This document shows positions 37,598 through 49,400 of a stretch of DNA of 64,000 nucleotides, in pieces. A program made the position numbers and the translations under genes. The notes under the pieces were generated by a model, which ran no database searches, was not told where the DNA came from, and saw nothing but the letters and a program-made list of their open reading frames with translations. The stretch's first letter is position 1; every line of letters begins with the position of its first letter. The stretch lies in the NCBI GenBank assembly GCA_963827515.1, contig CAWHBF010000024.1, positions 30,902-94,901 of the forward strand, given 5' to 3'. The stretch comes from an uncultured Acidobacteriota bacterium (lineage in GTDB: Bacteria; Acidobacteriota; Vicinamibacteria; Vicinamibacterales; UBA2999).

Positions 37598-40563
37598 ATG
37601 ACGCGTGTTATGCGATTCCTTTTTCTCGCGTGCGGCCTTTTGGCGGTGCCAGCTGCGGTGTTCGCGCAGGAAGCGGTGCTCACCGGCACTGTGACCGATT
37701 CTACCGGCGGCGTGCTGCCGGGTGTCACCGTCGTGGCGGTGAACGACGCGACCGGAAACCGATACGAAGCCGTGACGGACGAGGGCGGTATCTATCGGAT
37801 CCCAGTGCGCGTTGGCGCCTTCACGATTACGGCGGAACTCTCTGGTTTCGCGACGGCGAACCGTACCGGCGTGCAACTACTGGTTGGCCAGACCGCCAAC
37901 GTGAATTTGCAATTGGCTCCTTCGACTGTTCAGGAGACCGTCACCGTCACCGGCGAGGCGCCTCTCCTCAACGTGTCGACGTCGAGCCTTGGGGGCAACA
38001 TCGATCCGCAGCAGGTGGAGGAGTTGCCGGTGCAGGGTCGTAACTGGATGGGTCTGGCGCTGCTCGCCCCTGGAAGTCGTACGGTCTCGGGCAACGCTCA
38101 GGCGCCCCTTCCCGATCGCAACAACGGCGAGGTGCGCGAGTTCCAGCTCAACATGGACGGACAGCAGATTTCGTCCGAGCTCGGCACCGGCAACCAGCCG
38201 AAGTTCAGCCAGGACTCTATCGCGGAGTTCCAGTTCATCTCGAACCGGTTCGACGCCACGCAGGGGCGGTCGAGCGGTGTGCAGGTGAACGTGATCACGA
38301 AGTCGGGCACCAACTCGCTGTCCGGGTTGTTCCGCACGAATTTCCAGAGCGACGACGTTCAACGCCGAAGACCCTGTGGTGGGCCGCAAGCTGCCGATCA
38401 GCAACCAGCAGGTACAGCACGGCGCTCGGCGGACCGATTCTGCTCAACAAGCTGCACTACTATGGCAATTTCGAGTACGAGCGCGCGCCGCTGGCCAGCG
38501 TGTGGACGACGCCGTACCCCGCGTTCAACATCGAGCTCAACGGGAAGTTCTCGCGCAAGATTGCCGGCGCGCGCGATCGACTACCAGGAGTCACGAGCAA
38601 CACGCGCCTCATGGGCCGCGTCTCGGGATCGCAGAGCTACACCCCCTTCGGCGGCGGGTCGGCAACCGCGCACCCGGCGTCCACGATCGACACCGACGAC
38701 CGGAACCGTGAGTATCTTGGGATCGTTGACGCAGGTGCTGAGCAACCGGGCCGTGAACGAGATCAAGGGTGGATACTCCCACTACGGATTCGAAAACAAG
38801 ACCCTCGTGAATTGGTCGAAGCACTGGCAGGCCTCGAATGGGATCACGAACGGCTACCCGCGCATGACGTTCACCGGCTTCTCCTTCAATGCCAACGCGA
38901 ATGCTCCGCGTCATCGCGACCAGAAGGTCACGCAGATTCGAGATGACTTCACGTTCTCGTACGAGGCGCGCGGCCGTCACGACCTGCGGGCGGGCTTCGA
39001 GTTCGTCGATCACTACGAGGACAGCCTGAACTGCAACCAGTGCGGCGGGAACGATCGACGCACGCGGGACACCAGCTGGCCTGCCGCCCATTCCGACGCC
39101 GGCGCAGATGGAGGCGTGGTTCCCGGATCCATGGAACGCGGACACCTGGAACTTTGCAGCGATCTCTCCCTGGATACGGACCTACACGATCGGCATCGGG
39201 GAGTTCCCGAACCAGTACCATCAGCCGAAGTACGGTGCCTGGGCGCAGGACGACTGGCGGATCACCGACAGTCTCACACTGAACCTCGGCCTGCGTTACG
39301 ACTTGAGCCAGAACTCGTTTGCGAACGACCTCGGGCTCGAGTACAAGGCCGGTCAGCCACCCTTCTATGCGCCGGGCCGACCGAACGACACCAACAACAT
39401 CCAGCCGCGCCTCGGGTTTGCCTATTCGCTGAACGACCGCACGGTGATCCGCGGGGGATCTGGGCTCTACTATTCCGACGCGCTGACGGTCGATGCGTTC
39501 TGGCCCAAGTACAACACCCAGCTGCTGCGAGACTGCAGTACACCAACGACGGCCGGGCGAACTTCGGTGCGGATCCGCTCAACGGCGCACCGTTGCCGAC
39601 CTACGATCAGGCGCAGACGCAGCTGTGCAACTCGGCGGCGCAGGCGGCGAACTTCGCCGCGTGGCGCGCGAGCCAACTTCGCCGGCACGGCGCCCTGCAT
39701 CCTCAACGCGCTCCAGGAGATGCCGGGGCCGGATGAATACATGGTGATGGCGCAGAGCTGGAACTCGTCCATCGGCGTTCAGCGGCAGTTCGGCTAAGGT
39801 GATGTCGCGTCGAGGTGGACTACATCTACACCAAGGGCACGGACGAGAAGGACACGATCCCCAACGTGAACCTGGCGTACGACCCGGCGACAGGGGTGAA
39901 TTATCCGTTCAACAACGCCAACCGAGCTCGGCTGCCCTGGCCGGATATGGGCGTCGTCTCGATGATTCCGCACAACACGCGCTCTGGACTGCGGTCGCTG
40001 CAGACGGCCTTCTCGCAAGCGCATGAGCAGCCGGTGGCAGGCATCGGCGACCTATACGCTCTCGTGGCTCTATAGCGCCGAGAACCAGCCGTTCCAGGGT
40101 CTGGACATCGTGCCGTTCGAGGTGGCACCAGACCTGGGCAACGAATACACCCTCGCGGGTGACGATCAGCGTCACCGCGCGGTGTTCAACGGCATCTGGG
40201 AGGTCGGCAAAGGCTTCCAGCTGAGCGGCCTCCACTACTTCGGCGCCGGGATTCGTGCGGCGAACGAGTACGGAGGCGACCTGCGCGTGCTGGGTGCGAC
40301 CGGATCGGCGCGGCTGCGTCCGAACGGCAGCCTCGTCGAGCGCAACAGCTACGTCCAGCCGTTCCAGAACAAGACGGACATCCGAGCGCAGCAGCGGGTG
40401 CCGCTCGGTGGGCGTGCGGGCATCGACCTCATCGCCGAAGTGTTCAACGTGTTCAATCGGCCGAACTTCATCGAGACGGTGCAGGAGAGTCAGCGCAAAC
40501 TACGGCAAGCCGGCGTCGGGTCAGTACCGCACGGCACAGCTCGGCTTCCGTCTGACCTTCTGA
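37598..40563 (+). pseudogene. TonB-dependent receptor 3 (different subtype from the other four), about 10 frameshifts
   Basis: Signal peptide + AVLTGTVTDSTGGVLPGVTVVAVNDATGNRYEAVTDEGGIYRIP..(CarboxypepD_reg); ..VEELPVQGRNWMGL.. (plug). Barrel segments are spread over three frames. Ends ..AEVFNVFNRPNF.. / ..YRTAQLGFRLTF. Confidence 0.75.
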
Positions 40564-40569
40564 TCGATA

Positions 40570-40632
40570 CCCGGCAGGTAACGGCCTGCCGGGTGTCCGA
40601 CTCTACTGCGCGGGGGCGTGAGCGCCCCCGCG
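40570..40632 (+). terminator. two consecutive GC-rich hairpins after receptor 3
   Basis: cccggcagg-taacgg-cctgccggg (40570-40593, 9-bp stem) and cgcgggggcg-tgag-cgcccccgcg (40609-40632, 10-bp stem). No clear U-tract. Confidence 0.5.
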
Positions 40633-40709
40633 TCGTCGCCACGTTCACTCCTCTTTCCTTGACCACGGACCGTCGCGGCTGACGGTCGATAGACGACCCC
40701 CTTTGGGCG

Positions 40710-40738
40710 TTGACACGTGTAGGGGCGCGCTATATATA
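40710..40738 (+). promoter_or_regulatory. sigma70-like promoter candidate (TTGACA-N17-TATATA)
   Basis: ttgaca 40710-40715, 17-nt spacer, tatata 40733-40738; about 300 nt upstream of receptor 4, with a REP/MITE copy in between. Confidence 0.5.
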
Positions 40739-40803
40739 AGCCTACTGCTCGAGGACGCACCGAAGTTTGGGGGTAGTCCCGCGCCGAATCTCGACGTCGA
40801 CCT

Positions 40804-40959
40804 CTAGACCGCTTTTCGATTCGGCGTAGCTGAGTGCGGAGGCTTCCGCCTTCGCGTAAAGCTTCGGCGGACCGCCGTAGCCTTGGCGGAGGCGGTTAGC
40901 CTCCGCGGACACGCGCACGCTGAAGCGTGCGCTCTACGGAGAAACGCAAATCGCTCTCT
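40804..40959. repeat. REP/MITE-like nested-palindrome element, copy B (long form)
   Basis: CTAG at both tips. Imperfect terminal inverted repeats: ctagaccgcttttcgattcggcgtag versus the reverse complement of the right end, ctagagcgatttgcgtttctccgtag. Internal hairpins gcggaggcttccgcc.., gcgcacgctgaagcgtgcgc. Confidence 0.8.
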
Positions 40960-41034
40960 AGCGTTCCCTACGCGCGAGAGCACTGGCGCACTGTTCGAAT
41001 CGTTCCTGGGCTGACCATATGCGAGGAGGATGGA

Positions 41035-44000
41035 ATGAAGCGCTCCCTGTGGAGTTTCTCGATCGTCGCGTTGAGCCTGCTGTTGTCGTGTGGTGTCGCG
41101 TGGGCGCAGGGAACGGCGCAGCTCAACGGCCGCGTGGCTGATGAGAGTGGTGCGGTGCTCCCGGGAGTCACCGTGACCGCCACTCAAACCGAAACCGGAG
41201 CCGCGCGGACCGCCGTGACGGACGAGACCGGTTCGTGGGTCATGCCGAACCTTCCGCTCGGCCCGTACAGACTCGAGATGTCGCTGCAGGGATTCAGAAC
41301 CTACGTCCAGACCGGCATCGTGCTGCAGGTCAACGCCAACCCGGTGATCAACGCCGCGCTGGGTCTGGGCAACCTCGAAGAGACGGTGTCGGTCGAGGCT
41401 GCGGCCCCCCTTGTCGACGTCCGCAGCGCCGGCATCAGCCAGGTGGTGGAGCAAGAGCAGATCGTGCAGCTCCCGCTGCAGGGGCGTAACGTCACGGACC
41501 TGATCATGCTCGCCGGGTCAGCCGTGAACACGGGCCGGGTGCTCGCCAATTTGAATCGTGCCGACGGTGTGGCCATCGCGGTCGCAGGCGGCCTGAGAAC
41601 AGGTGTGGCCTATACGCTGGACGGAGCGCTCAACAGCGATTTCTACGACAACACCAACCTGCCGTTTCCTTTCCCTGACGCGCTTCAGGAGTTCAGCGTC
41701 GCCACGAGCGGCCAGTCCGCGCAGAACGGGATGCACTCGGCTGCATCGGTCAACGCGGTGACGAAGTCCGGCACGAACAATCTGCACGGCAATGTGTTCG
41801 AGTTCTTCCGCGACAGCCAGTTCAACGCGCCCGCCTACTTCGCCCCTGTCGGACCAGACGGGAAGAAGAGCGGCGACGGCCTCAACAGGAACCAGTTCGG
41901 CGGGACGCTGGGTGGACCGATCGTTCGAGATAAGCTCTTCGTCTTCGGAGCGTATCAGCGCACGCGTGCTCGTCAGCTGACGAATGACAACGTCGCGTTC
42001 GTCCCCACGGCGGCCATGATGGCCGGCGACTTCACCGCGGCCGCTTCACCCGCGTGCAACGCGGGCCGACAGGTCGCGCTCCGTGCGCCGTTCGTCAACA
42101 ACCGGGCCGATCCGGCGCTCTTCAGTACGGCCGCGGTGAAGATGCTGGCCTCCGGGTTCATTCCATCATCGACCGATCCGTGCGGAGAGATCCGGTTCAG
42201 CGTGCCGCTCGACGACAACAACGGACAGGGCGTCGTCAGGATGGACTATCAGATGAACGCCAACCACTCCATCTTCGGCCGCTACCTCAATCACATCGAG
42301 TCACGTCCCGCCACCTTGGAGCGGACGCACAACATCCTGGCGATTCGAAACATCTTCGGTCCGAAGAGCCGCAAGAAGGCCGAGACGCTCGCGTTCGGCG
42401 ACACGCTGGTGTTCGGCACGAGCACCGTCAACGCGATTCGCGCGACCTACGTACGGACATCGACGCGGTCCAACTCGCCGGCGGACGAATTTTTCGACGC
42501 TCCCTCCCTCGGAATCCCCATTTACACCTACGTCCCTGGAGTGATGGCGCTCAGCGTGACCAACGGATTCGCGTTCTCGGGCGGGAGCTCAGTGGGTGGG
42601 GTCGTGGACAACCGGTCGTATCAGATTCAGGACGACTACTCGAGAATCTGGGGTCGGCACCAGGTGTCGATCGGCGCGAACGTGGCCTACGCGACGCTCG
42701 ACTCTTTCGACTACGCGAACGCCGCGGGAAATTTTGCGCTCAACGGCAGCGTGACCGGTATCGGCCTGGCCGACTTCATGGTTGGCCAAGTCTCCACGTT
42801 AACGCACGGGACGCCGAGCATCCTGCACAACCATCAGTGGTACATCGGGACGTACGTGCAGGATACGTTGAGGGCGTCGAATCGCCTGACGCTCAATCTG
42901 GGTATCCGGTGGGAGCCGTACTTCGGGACCTGGTCGGACAATGGCGCGATCTCCAACTTCTCTCCAGACAACTTCAGCAAGGGGGTCAAGAGCGCCCAGT
43001 TCCTGAACGCCCCGGCCGGACTCCTCTACCCTGGTGACGCGGGTTTCCCCGAGGGCAACACGGGGCTGAACAAGCAGTGGAAGAACTTCTCCCCGCGCCT
43101 GGGTCTGGCCTGGGACGTTCGCGGCGACGGTCGGCTGGCCGTGCGCACGTCCTACGCGATCAATTACGACATTCCAACGGCGATCTTCCAGCAGGTACCG
43201 GCGTCCGGCGCCCCGTTTGGCAATCGCCTGGCCTTGACGCAGGCGGGAAACATCCCGCTGGACGACCCCTATCGAAACTATCCGGGCGCGCACGTGCTGC
43301 CGGTGCCAGTTCCGCCGCCGGCGGATATCGTGTTCCCCAACCAGGGATCGTACGCAGCCATCGATCCGGACATCAACTCGACCCGTGGTCAGTCGTGGAA
43401 CGTGACCGTCGAGAAGCAGCTCGGCGCCACCTGGCAGGTTGCGGCTAGCTATCTGGGTACCTACCTTGACCGCATCTGGGGGCAGGACGCGCTGAATCCA
43501 GGCGTGTTCATGGGGCTCGGCCCGTGTACGCTCCGCGGCGTGAACTATTCTGTCTGCTCGACCGCCGCGAATACCGACGCGCGGCGCGTGTTCTCACAGG
43601 TGAGCGCCGAGGCGGCGCAGAAGTATTCGTATGTGTCCGAGTACCAGGCCACCGGCACGCAGACCTACCGCGGGCTGAAGCTCTCGTTCCAACGCCGCAC
43701 GGCGCAGGGCCTCAGCCTTGGCGGGAACTTCACCGTGTCGCACTGCGAGACCGACACACCGGTGACGGGTAACTTCGTCCAGTTCCAGAACACCTGGCTG
43801 AAGCCGGGCGACCCGTCGTACGATCGCGGTAATTGCCCCTACAATCAGCGCCTCATCTCGAACTGGACCGCTGCGTATCTCACACCCGAGTTTTCCAACG
43901 ATGTGCTGCGAGCCGTTGCCTCTGACTGGCGCGTCTCGGGCATCGTCACCGCGAACTCGGGTAACTGGTTGACGGTGACCACCACCTCGGATCTGGCGTT

Positions 44001-44358
44001 CAACGGTATCCCCAACCAGCGTGTCAATCAGGTGAACGACGACGCGTATGGCGACAAGTCGCTGACGAACTATCTCAACGCCGCGGCGTTCGCATTTCCG
44101 GCGGCCGGCACGCTGGGCGATCACGCCCCCAGGAGCATCGAGGGCCCTGGCTTCTGGAAGATCGATATGTCCGTGGCAAGAGTGGTGCCGTTGGGCAACC
44201 AACACACGCTTGAATTCCGCGTCGAAGCGTTCAACGTGACCAACAACTTCAACTGGGGCGATCCCAACACAAGTCTGAACGCCGGTACCTTTGGCCGCAT
44301 CACGACGCAGAACGGCGACTCGCGCATCTTGCAGTTCGCGGTCAAGTATGGTTTTTGA
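41035..44358 (+). CDS. TonB-dependent receptor 4 (intact, 1107 aa)
   Basis: GAGGAGGA RBS; signal peptide ..SCGVAWA; QGTAQLNGRVADESGAVLPGVTVTATQTETGAARTAVTDETGSWVMPNLPLGPYRLEMSLQGFRTY; plug ..QLPLQGRNVTDL..; ends ..SRILQFAVKYGF. Confidence 0.9.
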   Translation: MKRSLWSFSIVALSLLLSCGVAWAQGTAQLNGRVADESGAVLPGVTVTATQTETGAARTAVTDETGSWVMPNLPLGPYRLEMSLQGFRTYVQTGIVLQVNANPVINAALGLGNLEETVSVEAAAPLVDVRSAGISQVVEQEQIVQLPLQGRNVTDLIMLAGSAVNTGRVLANLNRADGVAIAVAGGLRTGVAYTLDGALNSDFYDNTNLPFPFPDALQEFSVATSGQSAQNGMHSAASVNAVTKSGTNNLHGNVFEFFRDSQFNAPAYFAPVGPDGKKSGDGLNRNQFGGTLGGPIVRDKLFVFGAYQRTRARQLTNDNVAFVPTAAMMAGDFTAAASPACNAGRQVALRAPFVNNRADPALFSTAAVKMLASGFIPSSTDPCGEIRFSVPLDDNNGQGVVRMDYQMNANHSIFGRYLNHIESRPATLERTHNILAIRNIFGPKSRKKAETLAFGDTLVFGTSTVNAIRATYVRTSTRSNSPADEFFDAPSLGIPIYTYVPGVMALSVTNGFAFSGGSSVGGVVDNRSYQIQDDYSRIWGRHQVSIGANVAYATLDSFDYANAAGNFALNGSVTGIGLADFMVGQVSTLTHGTPSILHNHQWYIGTYVQDTLRASNRLTLNLGIRWEPYFGTWSDNGAISNFSPDNFSKGVKSAQFLNAPAGLLYPGDAGFPEGNTGLNKQWKNFSPRLGLAWDVRGDGRLAVRTSYAINYDIPTAIFQQVPASGAPFGNRLALTQAGNIPLDDPYRNYPGAHVLPVPVPPPADIVFPNQGSYAAIDPDINSTRGQSWNVTVEKQLGATWQVAASYLGTYLDRIWGQDALNPGVFMGLGPCTLRGVNYSVCSTAANTDARRVFSQVSAEAAQKYSYVSEYQATGTQTYRGLKLSFQRRTAQGLSLGGNFTVSHCETDTPVTGNFVQFQNTWLKPGDPSYDRGNCPYNQRLISNWTAAYLTPEFSNDVLRAVASDWRVSGIVTANSGNWLTVTTTSDLAFNGIPNQRVNQVNDDAYGDKSLTNYLNAAAFAFPAAGTLGDHAPRSIEGPGFWKIDMSVARVVPLGNQHTLEFRVEAFNVTNNFNWGDPNTSLNAGTFGRITTQNGDSRILQFAVKYGF

Positions 44359-44386
44359 TTATTCGCGGGAGTCGTAGGAGGTTTCG

Positions 44387-44794
44387 ATGAACATGTTGAA
44401 GGTGTTCGGCGTGGTCACGGTGGCGGTCGGGGTGCTCCTGCAGCCGGCGCTCTCGTTGGCCCATCACTCGTTCGCGGCGGAGTTCGATGGCAGCAAGTGC
44501 CGTGACTTCACCGGAGTCCTGACGAAGCTCGAGTGGGCGAACCCCCACGGGTTCTTCTATGTGGACGTCAAGGACGCGAGCGGCAAGGTCGAGAACTGGT
44601 CGTTTCAGACCTATGCGCTCATCACGCTCAGGCGCGCCGGGAACGATCGGCAGCTGTTTCTCGACCACATCGGCAAGGAAGTGTGGGTGAGGGGATGTCT
44701 CGCCCGAAATGGCAGAGAGCACTACGCCGCCGCTGGATCGTTGAAGTTTGCGTCGGATGGCATCCTTCGCCAGATGGGCCAACTGCAGGACTAG
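44387..44794 (+). CDS. DUF6152-like small secreted protein, copy 6 (most divergent)
   Basis: ..LLQPALSLA / HHSFAAEFD..FTGVLTKLEWANPH... Confidence 0.8.
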   Translation: MNMLKVFGVVTVAVGVLLQPALSLAHHSFAAEFDGSKCRDFTGVLTKLEWANPHGFFYVDVKDASGKVENWSFQTYALITLRRAGNDRQLFLDHIGKEVWVRGCLARNGREHYAAAGSLKFASDGILRQMGQLQD

Positions 44795-44812
44795 CATCAG
44801 GAGCTGTCACAG

Positions 44813-45643
44813 ATGAAACTTCACCTTCGTTTCAGCGTCGCATGCACGGCCGCGCTGGTGGTCGCCTTCACTCTGTCCGCCGCGGCCCAGCAGGACGGGC
44901 CGCCCTATACGATCAACCCGTTGCCGCCAGGTGGTCCCGCACCGCGGCTGGCGAACGGCCATGTCGACTTCTCTGGGCACTGGCTGCCGAACGGAGCCGG
45001 TCAGGGGGTCAGCGGCCGCTTCGGTGTGAATCCAGCGGCGCGAGGGCAGTTCGATCCGAAGGTCACGCCGGAGGAGCGGCCGGTGTTCCAGCAGTGGGCG
45101 CTGGACAAGATGAAATCGATGACACCGACCGAAGTCGAGCTGTCGAAGTCGTCCGTGAATTGCATGCCGCGCGGCTTGCCCGCGATCTGGCTCCAGAATC
45201 CGTATTCAACCATGCTCGTGCACACGCCGCAGATGCTGGCGCAACTGTACGAGGTTCTCAACAACTGGCGCATCATTCACACGGACGGCCGAGCCGTTCC
45301 AAAGAACCCCGAGCCCTGGTTCCACGGCACGAGTGCTGCGCGCTGGGAGGGTGACACGCTCGTTGTCGACACCATCGGGATCGACGAACGAACCTACGTG
45401 CAACCCAACGGGTGGTTTCACAGCGACGCGCTCCGGATCACCGAGCGCTACACCCGTCCTTCGATGAATTACCTCATCGTCGAAATCACCGTCGACGATC
45501 CGAAGGTCTTGGCCAAGCCATGGAAGTCCGCCCCGCGCCGGTGGACGCTGGGTAACGGCGAGATGTACGAGTTCTACTGCACGAATAACAAAGAGGTCGA
45601 AGAGCTCGAAAAGCTCCGCGAGCAGGAATCACTGGGTAAGTAG
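44813..45643 (+). CDS. HTEQLH-family-related secreted protein, copy 4 (divergent)
   Basis: APRLANGHVDFSGHW; CMPRGLP; RIIHTDGRAVPKNPEPWFHGTSAARWEGDTLVVDTIG; FHSDALRITERYTR; DDPKVLAKP; YEFYCTNN. Confidence 0.75.
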   Translation: MKLHLRFSVACTAALVVAFTLSAAAQQDGPPYTINPLPPGGPAPRLANGHVDFSGHWLPNGAGQGVSGRFGVNPAARGQFDPKVTPEERPVFQQWALDKMKSMTPTEVELSKSSVNCMPRGLPAIWLQNPYSTMLVHTPQMLAQLYEVLNNWRIIHTDGRAVPKNPEPWFHGTSAARWEGDTLVVDTIGIDERTYVQPNGWFHSDALRITERYTRPSMNYLIVEITVDDPKVLAKPWKSAPRRWTLGNGEMYEFYCTNNKEVEELEKLREQESLGK

Positions 45644-45657
45644 TCAGGAGGATAGAC

Positions 45658-48600
45658 ATGCTTCGCGCCCTCGCAGGGATCGTCTCGGCGGTCGTGGGTG
45701 TCGTGCTCATGAGCAGCGTCGTCTGGGCACAGGGCACCGCGCAGCTGAACGGCCGCGTCGCCGACGAGAGCGGTGCGGTGTTGCCCGGCGTCACCGTGAC
45801 GGTGACCCAGACCGACACCGCCTTCACCCGTACAACCGTCACCGATGAGACTGGCAACTGGCTGATGCCGAATCTCCCGATCGGTCCGTATCGTCTCGAG
45901 GTGTCGCTGCAGGGCTTTCGCACCTACGTGCAGACCGGAATCGTCCTGCAGGTCGGCGCGACACCGACGCTGAATACGTCGCTCGCGGTCGGCAATCTGG
46001 AGGAGACGGTCTCGGTCGAGGCGGCCGCGCCGCTCGTGGACGTGCGAAGTGCGGGCATCAGCGACGTCGTCGAGCAGGAGCGAATCGTCGAGTTGCCGCT
46101 TCAGGGGCGGCAGGTCACGGACCTGATCACGCTCGCCGGCGCGGCCGTGAATACGGGCCGGGTGACCCAGCTCGGCGTCGCCCAGAGCGTCGCGATCTCG
46201 GTCGCGGGCGGGCTCCGCAGCGGCGTCGGGTACACCCTTGACGGCGCGATGCACAACAACACCTACGACAACTCCAACCTGCCGTTCCCCTTCCCGGATG
46301 CGCTGCAGGAGTTCCGTGTCGCGACTGGCGGCCTCGCCGCCGACACCGGGATGCACTCGTCGGCGTCGGTCAACGCCGTAGTGAAGTCAGGCACCAACAG
46401 TTTCCGCGGCAACGCTTTTTGAGTTCCTGCGCGACCGCCGCTTCAACGCCAAGTCCCCATTCGCTCCTTCAGGAGCGGACGGCCAGAGGCTGGACGATGG
46501 TCTCAACCGGAATCAGTTCGGAGGGACCGTGGGCGGGCCGATCGCCCGGGACCGACTCTTCTTCTTCGGCGCCTACCAGCGCACGCGCACCATCGAGACG
46601 CCGCCTGACAACCTGGCCTTCGTTCCCACGGCTGCCATGCTGGCGGGCGATTTCACGGAGGCCGCGTCGCCGTTGTGCAACAGCGGCCGGCAGGTGGCGC
46701 TGTCCGCGCCTTTCGCCGGCAATCGCATCGACCCTGCGCGGTTCAGCCCGGCGGCGGTGAAGATCGCGAACCATGAACTGTTCCCGAAATCGACGCACCC
46801 ATGCGGCGAGATCAGGTTCAAGCGTCCGGGCAACCTCAACGACGAGCAGTACGTCGCGCGGGTGGACTATCAGCGAACCGCCAACCATTCACTCTTCGGA
46901 CGGTACATGGACACGTTCGAGCGCGTGCCCGGCAGCCTCGCGGAGACGAAGAACGTCCTGACCATTACCGGTACGCCGAACATCAAGAAGCGGGCCATGA
47001 CGACCGCCTTCGGCGATACGCGTGTCTTCGGCTCGAACACGGTGAATTCGTTCCGAGCGACCTGGGTGAAGACGTCCACGAAATCCAATCAGCCGCCGGA
47101 GACCTTCTTCGACACCACGTCGCTCGGCATCCCGGTCTACACCTACATCCCGGGCCTCCTGGCCTTGGCGGTCACGAACGCGTTCAGTTTCGGCGGCGGG
47201 CCGTCGGTCGGCGCGATCTCCGACAACACCGCCTATCAGGCGCAGAACGATTTCTCCCAGGTCATCGGTCGGCACCAGATGTCCGCTGGTGTGAACGTGG
47301 CGTACTCGAAACTCGACCAGATGAACGCAGCGCTGTCGGTGGGCGACTTCATCTTCAACGGCCGGGCGACCGGCCTGGGCCTGGCCGACTTCCTCACGGG
47401 GCAGATCTCGCAGTTCCGCCATGGCGCGCCGGGGCTTCTCATCAACGACCAGTGGTACCTCGGCCTGTACGGGCAGGACACGTGGCAGATGACGAACCGC
47501 GTGACGCTCAATCTCGGCCTTCGGTGGGAGCCGTATTTCGGCACGAACTTCAAGGACGCCACCATCTCCAACTTCGTGAACGAGAACTTCGACAAGGGCA
47601 TCAAGAGCACGGTGTTCATCAACGCGCCGGCCGGCTTGATCTACCCCGGTGACCCCGGCTTCCCGGGAGGCACCAGCGGCTTGAAGATACAGTGGATGAA
47701 TCTCTCGCCGCGTGTAGGCGCTGCCTGGGACGTCAACGGCGACGGTCGATTGGCGGTGCGCACGTCGTACGCGATCAACTACGACTACCCGGGGGCGGTA
47801 TTCCAGAACACCGCCGTCCAGTCCGCTCCCTTCAACAACCGGATCGACCTGATCGGCAACCTGCCCTTCGACGATCCCTATCGGAACGTTCCCGGTGGGC
47901 AGCAGCACCCGGTGACTGGCGCGCCGCCACACGACGTCACGTTCCCGGGCCTCGGCTCGTACGCCGTGATCGACCCCAATATCAACTCGATGCGCGTGCA
48001 GTCATGGAATGTCACAGTCGAGCAGCAGATCGGCGCGGCATGGCAGGTATCCGCCAGCTATCTCGGCAACTATATGGACCGCCTGTGGGGGCCGGTGCAG
48101 ATCAACCCCGGCGTCTACCTGGGTCTTGGTCCCTGCACGCTCAACGGGGTCTTCCATCCGACCTGCTCGACGACCGCGAACCTGGAAGCACGCCGGGTCT
48201 TTACGCTGCAGGATCCGACTGAGGGCCGCCTCATGTCGAACGTCGCTCGTTATGACGACGTGGGAGAGCAGACCTACAACGGACTGAAGCTCTCGTTCCG
48301 GCGCCGGGCCGCGGACGGGGTGAGCCTCGCCGGCAACTACACGGTGTCGAAGTGCATGACCGATACCCAGTGGACCGGCAGCTTCATCCAGTTCAGCGCC
48401 GGGTATACCGATCCCACGAACCCGGCCTACGACAACGGCAATTGTTCCCAGAACCAGCGCCAGATCGCGAATCTCTCGGTAGGCTACCTCACGCCCCAGG
48501 CCGCGAACGCGGTGTTGCGCGCGCTGGTCTCGGACTGGCGCGTGACCGGTATTTTCAATGCCCGCACAGGCAGCTGGCTCACCGTGACCACCGGCCGCGA

Positions 48601-48970
48601 TCCCGTGTTCAACGGCATCCCCGGCCAGCGTGTCGATCAGGTCAACGACGACCCGTATTCGAGCGAGAAGACCCTGAACAGCTACTTGAACCCGGCGGCG
48701 TTTGCCTACCCGGCTGCCGGCAACTTCGGGAACCAGCCGAACAGAGGCTTCGAGGGCCCTGGATACTGGACCATCGACATGTCGCTGGCGCGGCTCCTGC
48801 CGGTGTGGAATGCCCAGACGCTGGAATTCCGTATCGAGGCCTTCAATCTGTTGAACAACTTCAACTGGGGGAACCCCGGAACGAACCTTGACGCGGGCAC
48901 CTTCGGTCGTATCACGACGCAGACGGGCAGCTCGCGCATCATGCAGTTCGCGATCAAGTACGCGTTCTAG
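45658..48970 (+). CDS. TonB-dependent receptor 5 (single frameshift in the T5 run 46416-46420)
   Basis: AGGAGG RBS; ..WAQGTAQLNGRVADESGAVLPGVTVTVTQTDTAFTRTTVTDETGNWLMPNLPIGPYRLEVSLQGFRTY... After ..SFRGNAF the frame continues as EFLRDRRFNAKSPF.. if one T is removed. Ends ..SRIMQFAIKYAF. Confidence 0.85.
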
Positions 48971-48986
48971 CGCGAAGGAGTGAGGC

Positions 48987-49400
48987 ATGACGTCGACACG
49001 TGCGTGGGTCATCGGCGCGCTCAGCGTTCTCGTCCCCTTCGGCCAGGCGCTCGCTCACCATTCGTTCGCGGCCGAGTACGACGCGAACAAGGTGATCGAG
49101 CTGAAGGGCGTTGTCACGAAGATGGAATGGACGAACCCGCACGTCCGCTTTTACGTGGACGTGAGGGACGAGAAGGGCGTGTCGACTTGGGACCTGGAGC
49201 TCCAGAGCGCCAACACCCTGACGCGTGACGGCTGGGACCGGGATGCGCTCAAGGTCGGGGACCAGATCACGGTCTCGGCATGGCTCGCGCGGGACGGCTC
49301 GAAGCGCGGCAACGCGAGAGGCAGCATCACGCTGGCCGACGGCCGCCAGGTGCTCAGCGGCGAGCGGCAGCGCGCCGCGGGTGAGGAGGTCAAGCGATGA
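48987..49400 (+). CDS. DUF6152-like small secreted protein, copy 7
   Basis: ..LVPFGQALA / HHSFAAEYD..IELKGVVTKMEWTNPH... AAGGAG RBS. Confidence 0.85.
   Translation: MTSTRAWVIGALSVLVPFGQALAHHSFAAEYDANKVIELKGVVTKMEWTNPHVRFYVDVRDEKGVSTWDLELQSANTLTRDGWDRDALKVGDQITVSAWLARDGSKRGNARGSITLADGRQVLSGERQRAAGEEVKR

Noticed and set aside
40927-41034. Upstream start (40927) for receptor 4, and likewise 9864 for the DHPS-like gene, 29725 for DUF6152-like copy 3 and 34634 for the cytochrome
   Set aside because: The extensions run through a REP/MITE copy or the preceding gene and lack signal-peptide character. Internal starts with Shine-Dalgarno motifs (41035, 9933, 29803, 34721) give normal N-termini.
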